From NCBI GenBank assembly GCA_964618265.1, contig CAZUAE010000037.1, forward strand, positions 1 through 30,992: 30,992 nucleotides of DNA, read 5' to 3'. This DNA is from an uncultured Spirochaetales bacterium. Its GTDB lineage: Bacteria > Spirochaetota > Spirochaetia > CAYLLE01. Position numbers and translations under genes: made by a program. A model generated the notes under the pieces. It saw nothing but the letters and a program-made list of their open reading frames with translations. It did no database searches and had not been told where the DNA came from. Positions 1 to 8,062 of this stretch are shown here, in pieces. How positions within the stretch are numbered: the stretch's first letter is position 1; every line of letters begins with the position of its first letter.

Positions 1-19
1 ATTAAACGGGAATAAGTTG

Positions 20-1660
20 ATGAAAGAAAAAATAAAATTGACATTACCGGAAATACTGACCGAATCATTTAATAAATTTAGCAGTAAACAGGTATTTTCT
101 ACAGCAGATGGAGATACAAAAAATTATAGCCAACTTCATACTGAAGTTAAGGCTTTAATTGCATACTTTGAAAAAGCAGGGGTCAAACCAGGTGACCGTG
201 TCGCTATATTAGGGCCTAATATGCCTAACTGGGTAATAGGTTATCTGGCAGCAACATTTATGGGTGCCGTTGCCGTGCCGTTACTGCCCGATTTTTCAGA
301 TGAAGAAGTTACCAATATCATTAACCATGCTGAAGCAAAGGCCATTGTTATCTCAAGTAAATTAGCATCAAAAATATCGAAAGTAAACCATCATTTGATA
401 GAGCTTCAACTATTAATGGAAGATTTTTCATTAATTCAAGGGAAAGATCCGGAGATGAATTTCGATACGAACGGGTCGCCAAAAAATAATTATACCGTTA
501 ATGAGGAGGATTTAGCGGCGATCATTTACACCTCCGGAACAACAGGTAAGGCAAAAGGGGTGATGTTAACCCATAAAAATCTCTGCACCAATGTGCTTCA
601 GTCCGGAAAAGTGCAGGAGGTAAACGAAAACGACCGGTTTTTATCGGTGCTGCCGTTACCTCACACATATGAAAACACCATCGGGTTATTATTACCCTTG
701 TCAAAAGGGGCTAGTGTTCATTACCTGCAAAAGCCGCCAACACCTGCGGTTTTGCTGCCGGCCCTCGAAAAGGTCAAACCTACCCTGATGTTATCGGTAC
801 CGTTGATTATCGAGAAAATTTACCGGCACCGTATATTACCTGCGTTTAATGAAAAATGGTATCTTCGTTTACTGTATTCTGTTCCATTTATCAGAAAAAA
901 GCTCCATATGCTTGCCGGAAAAAAACTGATGGATATGTTCGGCGGTGCGTTGAAATTTTTCGGTATTGGCGGAGCTAAATTAGATAAGACAGTTGAACAG
1001 TTCCTTATTGAGGCGAAATTTCCCTATGCCATTGGATATGGATTAACAGAAACAGCGCCTTTACTTGCAGGTGTTAATCCGAAAAATGTAAGGCTTCAGT
1101 CAACGGGACCATCAGTTGCAGGATTAGAGATGCAGATACGGGAAAAAAAACGGAATGGGGTAGGTGAAATATGGGTGAAAGGCGATAACGTAATGAAGGG
1201 GTATTACAAAGAACCTCAGCTAACCAAGGAAGTCCTAACGGACGATGGCTGGTTCAATACAGGAGATTTAGGAAAGTTCGATAAAGATAACTTTCTTTAT
1301 ATTCGGGGCCGGCATAAAAACCTTATAGTTGGTGCTAACGGAAAAAATATTTATCCGGAAGAAATTGAATCTGAAATAAACAATTTCAAACACGTGGTTG
1401 AGTCTCTTGTTGTTCAGAAAAAGGGACAAATAGTTGCCTTGGTACATTTCAACCGGGAAGAGTTAGAAAAAAAATATCTGCACTTGCGAAACGAAGTGAA
1501 CAGTTATATTGATAAAATTACCGAGGACTTACGTTCGGAACTGCTTGCGTATATAAACAGCAGGGTAAATAAGAATTCTCAGATACAACAGGTTATTGAT
1601 CAGCCCGTTCCCTTTCAGAAAACAGCAACACATAAAATTAAACGGTTTTTGTATTCGTAA
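20..1660 (+). CDS. AMP-dependent acyl-CoA synthetase / long-chain-fatty-acid--CoA ligase (FadD-like)
   Basis: AMP-binding signature YTSGTTGKAKGVMLTHKN. A conserved TGDLG-type motif (NTGDLGKF) and a following GR.K motif are present. Length 547 aa. The track ORF begins TTG-ATG, so the ATG at 20 is the likely start. Confidence 0.85.
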   Translation: MKEKIKLTLPEILTESFNKFSSKQVFSTADGDTKNYSQLHTEVKALIAYFEKAGVKPGDRVAILGPNMPNWVIGYLAATFMGAVAVPLLPDFSDEEVTNIINHAEAKAIVISSKLASKISKVNHHLIELQLLMEDFSLIQGKDPEMNFDTNGSPKNNYTVNEEDLAAIIYTSGTTGKAKGVMLTHKNLCTNVLQSGKVQEVNENDRFLSVLPLPHTYENTIGLLLPLSKGASVHYLQKPPTPAVLLPALEKVKPTLMLSVPLIIEKIYRHRILPAFNEKWYLRLLYSVPFIRKKLHMLAGKKLMDMFGGALKFFGIGGAKLDKTVEQFLIEAKFPYAIGYGLTETAPLLAGVNPKNVRLQSTGPSVAGLEMQIREKKRNGVGEIWVKGDNVMKGYYKEPQLTKEVLTDDGWFNTGDLGKFDKDNFLYIRGRHKNLIVGANGKNIYPEEIESEINNFKHVVESLVVQKKGQIVALVHFNREELEKKYLHLRNEVNSYIDKITEDLRSELLAYINSRVNKNSQIQQVIDQPVPFQKTATHKIKRFLYS

Positions 1661-1762
1661 TCCGGCTCCGGCAGCGGAAAATTATACAGTCTCAGTCTTT
1701 TTTTTCAATTCTCTAAACAGCTGTCAATTCATGATGATTTCACAACTTATCTGTACAGCTGC

Positions 1763-4186
1763 TTAATCCACTTTTAAAATCAACTCAAGAATCCTTTTAG
1801 CACACAGCATCATCTCTTGACGTGAAATAAGTCCTAATTCCCTGGCTTTTATAAGCCGCTGTGGATAGCCGCAGCCCATTTTTAAATCATTACCCGCTTT
1901 CGTTTCCTTATAATGTTCTCCAAAAGTCCACCAGTCAGTGGTAACCATGCCGTTCCATCCCCATTCTTCTCTTAGTATGTCTTTCAGTAATCCTTTGAAT
2001 TCCGACGCCCGATGCCCATTTATAATATTATATGAAGTCATGATACTCCAAGGCTCTGATTCTTTTACGATAATCTCAAATACTTTCAGGTAAATCTCCC
2101 GGGCAGCCCTTTCAGATACTCTGGAATCACTGTCTTTTCTATTGGTTTCTTTGTTATTTAATGCAAAATGTTTAACGCATGCTCCAATATGCTGTGATTG
2201 GATTCCTTTTACCATTGCTCCGGCCAGCTTGCCGGTTAACAGGGGGTCTTCAGAATAATATTCAAAGTTACGGCCGCACAAAGGGCTCCTGTGTATATTA
2301 ACCGCCGGTGTCAGCCATACAGCAATATTATTTTCCTTTACTTCCCCGGCACCTGCCTCTCCCACCGCGCGTACAACATCTTCGTTCCAGGTACAGGCCA
2401 GTAATGTCGCGCAAGGCCAAGCCGTTGTAGTCACACCGCATTGAGGTTGTATTCGAAGTCCCGCGGGACCGTCCGCGGTCATCACATTTGGAATCCCGTA
2501 TTCAGGCATATTTCCAAAACCGAAAGTATTTGCTACTCCTGTATTCGGCTGACCGCCCAATAGATGAGCCAATTCTTCATCAGTCATTTGGGACAAAAAT
2601 TTATCCAATGTAATATGTCCCTCCGCGACTTCATCAAAAATTCGGGCACCTTGCTTATTAGGTCCATTACTCCGCTTGTAAGCCTTTTGAGCTCTTGCTG
2701 AGGGGGCGATGCTTTGTGTGAATTCCCTTGGCATTTTTTCAAAGCCGCATGAATCAGGATCAATGGGCTCGTTTATTGGTAAATCTTCAAAATCTCCGTC
2801 AGCCAGCATCCTTTTTTTCAATGAAGCGGGTGTGATTTTTGCTGTAAGCTGTTCGACAATCCTGTTTTCAGGTTCAGTGTGTACAAAATCAATTTTTTTC
2901 AAATCCCGCACTGAAGTTCCGGCATAGAAAATATAATCACCGGCTTCAAGTATATATGCCGACTTTCTGATTTTACCCAGATCATCATATGATGCCATAT
3001 AACTAACCGGAAATTCCAGGATTACAAGCTGGCTTTCTCCAGGTTTTAAAAGCCGGGTTTTTTGAAAAGCAGCAAGACTTTTGGACGGTTTTCCAAGGAG
3101 TCCTTGCGGAGCTCCAAAATAAAGCTGGATGACTTCTTTTCCTTCCATTTGTCCTGTGTTGGTTACGGTGACTTTTACTTGAATAACATCATCATCGAGT
3201 GCGGCAGATGCAACGGTCCAGCTGAAAGACGTATATGACATGCCGTATCCAAATGGATAAACCACATGAGCAGAAGCACCCGGTATAGTTTCAAAATAAC
3301 GGTACCCTACATAAATATCTTCTGTGTAATCAACATATTTTTCTGATTCATGAAAATTGTACGTAGACGGATACCTTTCCAATTTATCCGCAAAGGTATC
3401 TGCTAATTTTCCTGAAGGATTACCTATGCCGCAAAGAAGTTCAGCAGCCGCCCTGCCGCCTTCCATGCCTCCCTGCCATGCCGTCAGGACAGACTGAATT
3501 GCATCATCGTTTGCAAACCAGCTGGTATCCACCATACCGCCTATATTCATGACAACGATCACTTTGAAAAAATTGTTTTTAACTTTATTAACCAATTCAA
3601 TCTCTTTCTTCGTCAAATAGAAGTCACTGTTTTCAAAGAGTTCATCAGATTTTTTTGCCATGGCATTTTCGTTTTCCATAGGCTGTTTTTTATTTTTACC
3701 GGTTATACCTTTGCGGTCCCATCCTTCTCCTGAATAGCGGCTGATGGAAATGACAGCAGTATCGGTAAATGCTTTTGCCTTAATTAAAAGATTGTCGGGA
3801 AGTGAAGGCTCCACCGTCATTCCGGGCACAGCACCCTTTGCGTACTGCTGCTTTATATTTTCTCTGTAAAAATCCGATAGTTCTTCAAAAATACTTACCT
3901 GTTCTTTCAAAACTTTTATGCCGTCATATAAATTAAAAATATACTCAACCGTCACATCGCCGCTTCCGCCGCCGCCTTTAACATAGTCAAAAGTGCCCTT
4001 TCCAAACAAAGCAACTTTTGATCCCTTGCTCAATGGAAGAACATTTTGGTTGTTTTTTAAAAGCACCATCCCTTCTTTAGCGGCATTCTTTGATAATTCT
4101 CTATGTTTTTTGGATGCTGTTATTCTCTGTCCATCGGCATTTAAAGGTATATTCGGCTGAAATCTTACTCTCTGCCATTTACTCAT
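1763..4186 (-). CDS. Glycoside hydrolase family 3 (beta-glucosidase/beta-xylosidase-like), permuted domain order
   Basis: The N-terminal part looks like the GH3 C-terminal alpha/beta sandwich (LLKN..LPL...KVALFGKG...GGGSGDV; SRYSGEGWDRK). It is followed by an Fn3-like segment (VKVTVTNTGQMEGKEVIQLYF). Next comes the GH3 (alpha/beta)8 catalytic region (KHFALNNKETNR...SDSRVSERAAREIYLKVFE...GMVTTDWW). Start MSKWQ is preceded by GGGGGAA about 6 nt upstream. Confidence 0.85.
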   Translation of the reverse strand: MSKWQRVRFQPNIPLNADGQRITASKKHRELSKNAAKEGMVLLKNNQNVLPLSKGSKVALFGKGTFDYVKGGGGSGDVTVEYIFNLYDGIKVLKEQVSIFEELSDFYRENIKQQYAKGAVPGMTVEPSLPDNLLIKAKAFTDTAVISISRYSGEGWDRKGITGKNKKQPMENENAMAKKSDELFENSDFYLTKKEIELVNKVKNNFFKVIVVMNIGGMVDTSWFANDDAIQSVLTAWQGGMEGGRAAAELLCGIGNPSGKLADTFADKLERYPSTYNFHESEKYVDYTEDIYVGYRYFETIPGASAHVVYPFGYGMSYTSFSWTVASAALDDDVIQVKVTVTNTGQMEGKEVIQLYFGAPQGLLGKPSKSLAAFQKTRLLKPGESQLVILEFPVSYMASYDDLGKIRKSAYILEAGDYIFYAGTSVRDLKKIDFVHTEPENRIVEQLTAKITPASLKKRMLADGDFEDLPINEPIDPDSCGFEKMPREFTQSIAPSARAQKAYKRSNGPNKQGARIFDEVAEGHITLDKFLSQMTDEELAHLLGGQPNTGVANTFGFGNMPEYGIPNVMTADGPAGLRIQPQCGVTTTAWPCATLLACTWNEDVVRAVGEAGAGEVKENNIAVWLTPAVNIHRSPLCGRNFEYYSEDPLLTGKLAGAMVKGIQSQHIGACVKHFALNNKETNRKDSDSRVSERAAREIYLKVFEIIVKESEPWSIMTSYNIINGHRASEFKGLLKDILREEWGWNGMVTTDWWTFGEHYKETKAGNDLKMGCGYPQRLIKARELGLISRQEMMLCAKRILELILKVD

Positions 4187-4205
4187 ATTAATTCCCCCTT
4201 ATAAG

Positions 4206-4233
4206 TTATATACGTGACAAAGGCTGATATCAA
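4206..4233 (-). promoter_or_regulatory. Putative sigma70-like promoter for the GH3 gene (TTGATA-N16-ATATAA on the minus strand)
   Basis: Reverse complement of 4206-4233 reads TTGATA, a 16-nt spacer, then ATATAA. It lies about 15-20 nt upstream of the GGGGGAA RBS and ATG of the GH3 gene. Pattern match only. Confidence 0.3.
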
Positions 4234-4273
4234 GCCGCTATTTGTTAAAGTAATTCTTTATGGAAAAATGGTC

Positions 4274-4735
4274 TTAAAAAGAAATTTGTTTCATAAATGC
4301 ATGCGGGCATAGTCCGTAAGTCTGTTTGAACAACCGGGCAAAGTGGCTGAGGCTGTTGTATCCGACCTGCAGCGCGACTTCAGTTACCGAAAAATTGCCC
4401 TCCTGTAATAAGACCCTTGCCTCTTCTAAGCGGATATTTCGTATTAACCCGAATACAGTTGTACCGAAAACCTGTTTGAATCCGCGTTTTAATTTATTGG
4501 TATTTAAACCTATTGTAAGAGCAATTTCATGTAATGTAGGCGGGGCGGCGCGATTTATTTTTGGACAGGGCAAGTGGTCGGCAAAGACAACAAAGTAATA
4601 ACCGAAGCAAACTATACCGACCACAACACATACTCCGGAAATACCGCCTTGGATGAAGGGGACGATATATATATAAAATAGAGATGATGCTTGGCAGGGG
4701 AATTCTCCTTTTGGTAGGCATGGTATGGTCTTCAC
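4274..4735 (-). CDS. AraC/XylS-family HTH domain protein lacking a sensor domain (orphan HTH, possible gene remnant)
   Basis: C-terminal ~95 aa show the AraC-type double HTH (LHEIALTIGLNTNKLKRGFKQVFGTTVFGLIRNIRLEEARVLLQEGNFSVTEVALQVGYNSLSHFARLFKQTYG). Only ~55 aa of hydrophobic, non-AraC-like sequence precede it. The longest ORF needs a GTG start only ~37 nt from the divergent BNR gene. The true start is unclear. Confidence 0.45.
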   Translation of the reverse strand: MKTIPCLPKGEFPCQASSLFYIYIVPFIQGGISGVCVVVGIVCFGYYFVVFADHLPCPKINRAAPPTLHEIALTIGLNTNKLKRGFKQVFGTTVFGLIRNIRLEEARVLLQEGNFSVTEVALQVGYNSLSHFARLFKQTYGLCPHAFMKQISF

Positions 4736-4772
4736 CCGTATTAACTGCTAAAATAACTTGTCAGGAGTAACC

Positions 4773-5939
4773 ATGCTGAAACGGGAAATATATATAAAAG
4801 CGAACGAGCCGAATACCGCGAAATGGGTCGCCGGCGCGGGATACTTAGACGGAGACTTGACCCGGGAGGAGATCCTCAAGACCAGCCAAGCTTCCGACGA
4901 CTACCGGAACTGGCGGAGGCGGGTATCGCCCGATAACGGGCGGACCTGGTCGGAGCCGGAGTTTATGCCGGAGGTGAACGTACAGCTTCCGGCAGGAGGA
5001 ATCGCGACCCATCCGGGGAATCCGTACTGGAACCCGGTAACCGGCAGAATGCTTCGTCCCGTCATGAAACGGTTCTGGCCGGGAAACGAACTCTACACCT
5101 TCGATTGGAAAACCGGGGAGCATCCCTTCCAGGATCATTCCTTTATTAAGACTGACGACGGAAACCTCATCCTTCTCCGTTTCGAGGACGGACCGGAGTA
5201 TGATCCCGACGACCCTTTTAACGAAGACTTCGTCATGAAGAATCAGTCCTACAAGGGCCAGAGTATCTGTTTCGATCCCGAAGGGAACGCATTCATACCC
5301 ATTGTGTGCCGGAGGAGCACTCCTGGCAACATGAAGGACGGAGGACTTGTGTTGATGCGGAACAAAGCGGGAACCGATGAATGGCTCCCCTCGAACCGGG
5401 TTTATCTTTCCCCGGAAACCTCGTCCCGGGGTGTATTGGAACCGGACGCGGCGGTCCTGAAAAACGGACGGATCCTTATAACGGTCCGGGGAAGCGATAC
5501 CCCGGCAACCCCCGGGCGGAAATGGATGACCTGGTCGGATGACGGGGGACAGACGGTACAGCCTCTTAGGGAGTTCCGTTACATGGACGGAAGCAGATTC
5601 TACTCACCCTCGAGTATTCATCGGTTTATACGTTCCGGCCGTAATGGAAAACTTTACTGGATTGCCAACATTGTCCCGGAGCCGGCTTCCGGTAACCGAC
5701 CGCGGTATCCTCTTCAGATCGCAAAAATCGATGAAGGTTCTATGACGGTGAAAAAGGACAGCCTTGTAGTTGTAGATGACCGTGGTCCGGGGGAACCGGA
5801 AATAATTCAGTTCTCCAATTTCCATGTAATCGAAAATCGGGAGACTTTGAATTTTGAAATATACATGACCAGGCTGGGGGAGGACCCGAAAGACCACCGG
5901 CGGGCTGGAGCTTATAAATATATCTATCAGCCGGCATAA
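4773..5939 (+). CDS. BNR/Asp-box repeat protein (sialidase-like beta-propeller, glycosidase superfamily); no signal peptide
   Basis: Asp-box motifs SPDNGRTWS and WSDDGGQTV (S-x-D-x-G-x-T-W). AGGAG lies 5 nt before the ATG at about 4773. The track ORF starts at an upstream TTG. This gene is visibly GC-richer than its flanks. Confidence 0.7.
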   Translation: MLKREIYIKANEPNTAKWVAGAGYLDGDLTREEILKTSQASDDYRNWRRRVSPDNGRTWSEPEFMPEVNVQLPAGGIATHPGNPYWNPVTGRMLRPVMKRFWPGNELYTFDWKTGEHPFQDHSFIKTDDGNLILLRFEDGPEYDPDDPFNEDFVMKNQSYKGQSICFDPEGNAFIPIVCRRSTPGNMKDGGLVLMRNKAGTDEWLPSNRVYLSPETSSRGVLEPDAAVLKNGRILITVRGSDTPATPGRKWMTWSDDGGQTVQPLREFRYMDGSRFYSPSSIHRFIRSGRNGKLYWIANIVPEPASGNRPRYPLQIAKIDEGSMTVKKDSLVVVDDRGPGEPEIIQFSNFHVIENRETLNFEIYMTRLGEDPKDHRRAGAYKYIYQPA

Positions 5940-5958
5940 ATGGTTTAGATATAAACAG

Positions 5959-5970
5959 TTTTTTTTTTTT
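5959..5970. repeat. T12 homopolymer tract immediately 3' of the BNR gene
   Basis: Twelve consecutive T are read directly after the TAA stop of the BNR gene. Confidence 0.9.
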
Positions 5971-6210
5971 GAAATGTGATAGGTGACAGCCGGACACATT
6001 TCCGCTGTATGATTCTGAAACATCATTTCAAATTCTGTATGTTATTATTCAAATAATGGAGCCTCTTGCAACAATTCCTGTCGGCATCTTAAATCCAGTT
6101 AATTTTTTGAAATTAATTTCCCCCAAGCGGTTGCCCCTTATGTGTAATTGTGGCACATTATATTTATTGCTAATTAATTATTGATTGAAACAACTTAGGA
6201 TTGACTTTTT

Positions 6211-8052
6211 ATGAGTGCTTATAACGTTCAGAATAGAGAACAGGGAAGGTTCACCTTCCGGAAATTGATGGAGGGCTCCGACGTTCTTGGCCGGGTAGCC
6301 CGAATGACCACCCATTATCCCGGCAGAATGGTCATAACTCTTATCGCAACATTAGCTGCGGTTATCTTTCAGCTGTTTATTCCCCGGCTCCTTGGTAACG
6401 GTGTGGATAACGCCCTCATGATTGCCGGCGGCGCGGGGACCCGGTCCGATGCTCGTCAGGCGCTGCTTATAACCGGACTGTTTCTGTTCGGTACCAGTGT
6501 CCTTCGGGGATTGTTTACCATGCTGCACAATTATATGGGAGAGACTGTCGGCCAACGGATTGGATACGAACTCCGTATGGCCATCTACGATAAGGTGCAG
6601 CGTTTGGATTTCAGGTATCACGATCATACCCATTCCGGTGATCTTATCACCCGGGGAATGCTGGATGTTGAAGGAATCAGGCTGTTCGTAAACACCGGGA
6701 TAAAACGGATGGTCTTTTTAGCCATGCTGATCGGTGTTAGCGCGTACCGGCTGATTTCCGCCGATCTTCTCCTCGGTGTTTTAGCTTTGAGTTTTATACC
6801 CTTTGTGGGCTGGCGGGCTATCGATGCCAGATTAAGCCTTCGGGAAAGTTGGCACCGGCTTCAGGAAAGACTATCCCATATGACCCATACTATGGAAGAA
6901 AACCTTCAGGGGATCCGGGTTGTACGCTCCTTTGCTGCTCAGGACCATGAAATGGAGAAGTTTGACCAGGTTTCCAATGAAGCGAAGCGGCTTACATTTG
7001 AAAGGATCGGAATCCGGGTAAAAAACGGGACGGTAATGACCTTCGTATTCTATCTCTCTATGGGACTCGTGCTTCTCCTGGGGGGAAGAATGACCCTGCA
7101 GGGAGAAATAACGGTGGGACAACTCACCGAGTTTATAGCCTACATGATGGTGCTTCAGATGCCGGTACGGCAGTTGGGTCTCCTGGTAAACTCCCTCGCG
7201 CGGGCTACAACCTCCGGAGAACGGCTCTTTTCGGTTTTGGATGAAGAACCGGACATCAAGGATGCGCCGAATTCAAAAGACTTAAAGGTGACGGACGGTG
7301 TATTAAAATTCGAGAATGTCAGTTTTGCCTATAGATCCGGAGATGAAGAGATACCGGTGCTTTCAAATATAAACTTTGAAGTTCGACCGGGAAACACCCT
7401 GGGTATAGTCGGACCGCCTGGTGCGGGAAAGTCAACTATTGCCCACCTGATTCCCCGGTTTTACGATGTCACGGGAGGAAAAATCACAATCGACGGGCAG
7501 GACATCCGGAATGTTAAGCTGAAATCCCTTCGTTCTGCGGTCAATGTGATTCAGCAGGATATCTTTCTGTTTACCGCGGGAATCCAGAATAATCTGGCCT
7601 ACGGAAATCCCTGGGCCGACCGGGACCGAATAATGACAGCAGCAAATGCCGCGCAGCTCCACTCTTATGTGGACTCCCTCCCCCGGGGATACAATACCCT
7701 AGTAGGGGAGCGGGGTGTTTCCCTTTCGGGCGGGCAGCGGCAGCGCCTGGTTATTGCCCGGTCTCTTCTGATGCAGCCCGGTATAATGGTTTTTGATGAC
7801 TCCACTGCAGCTATTGATGCAGCAACGGAACAGCGGATCCTTACATCGTTAAGAGAGCATGCGAAGGACCGCGCCATCATTATAATCGCTCATAGGCTAA
7901 ACTCCCTCATGCACTCCGATGAAATACTATTTATCGATGACGGCAAAATTATCGAACGGGGAACCCACGATGAGCTTCTCGCCTTAAAAGGACGTTACCA
8001 GGCCCTGTATGAGCTGCAGGCAAACCCGGTAGAGGATAGTTATCTAAAATAG
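6211..8052 (+). CDS. ABC exporter half-transporter (TMD-NBD), subunit with LSGGQ signature but Walker-B D-D (catalytic Glu replaced)
   Basis: Six predicted TM helices followed by Walker A GPPGAGKST, signature LSGGQRQRL, Walker B IMVFDDS (Asp where the catalytic Glu normally sits) and H-loop IAHRL. Confidence 0.9.
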   Translation: MSAYNVQNREQGRFTFRKLMEGSDVLGRVARMTTHYPGRMVITLIATLAAVIFQLFIPRLLGNGVDNALMIAGGAGTRSDARQALLITGLFLFGTSVLRGLFTMLHNYMGETVGQRIGYELRMAIYDKVQRLDFRYHDHTHSGDLITRGMLDVEGIRLFVNTGIKRMVFLAMLIGVSAYRLISADLLLGVLALSFIPFVGWRAIDARLSLRESWHRLQERLSHMTHTMEENLQGIRVVRSFAAQDHEMEKFDQVSNEAKRLTFERIGIRVKNGTVMTFVFYLSMGLVLLLGGRMTLQGEITVGQLTEFIAYMMVLQMPVRQLGLLVNSLARATTSGERLFSVLDEEPDIKDAPNSKDLKVTDGVLKFENVSFAYRSGDEEIPVLSNINFEVRPGNTLGIVGPPGAGKSTIAHLIPRFYDVTGGKITIDGQDIRNVKLKSLRSAVNVIQQDIFLFTAGIQNNLAYGNPWADRDRIMTAANAAQLHSYVDSLPRGYNTLVGERGVSLSGGQRQRLVIARSLLMQPGIMVFDDSTAAIDAATEQRILTSLREHAKDRAIIIIAHRLNSLMHSDEILFIDDGKIIERGTHDELLALKGRYQALYELQANPVEDSYLK

Positions 8053-8062
8053 AGGACCAATT

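Noticed and set aside
522-704. Short antisense ORFs embedded in long genes (e.g. 522-704, 2709-2927, 4326-4598, 6352-6633, 8768-9115, 9413-9778, 22483-22803, 23514-24047)
   Set aside because: Each lies wholly inside a well-supported, motif-bearing gene on the opposite strand. None has an RBS or a recognisable motif. They are consistent with chance ORFs.
1661-1762. Convergent intergenic region between the acyl-CoA ligase and GH3 genes, examined for a bidirectional terminator (CCGGCTCCGG, ACAGCTGT, T8 run)
   Set aside because: Only short self-complementary hexamers or octamers and a T8 run not preceded by a stable stem. No confident terminator.
4667-4676. (AT)5 microsatellite in the AraC-fragment/BNR junction
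   Set aside because: Five repeat units only. Probably trivial, though it lies in the putative insertion junction.
5604-6026. 140-aa minus-strand ORF spanning the BNR gene 3' end and the T12 tract
   Set aside because: Overlaps a supported gene and runs through the homopolymer as a poly-K stretch. No RBS. Likely spurious.
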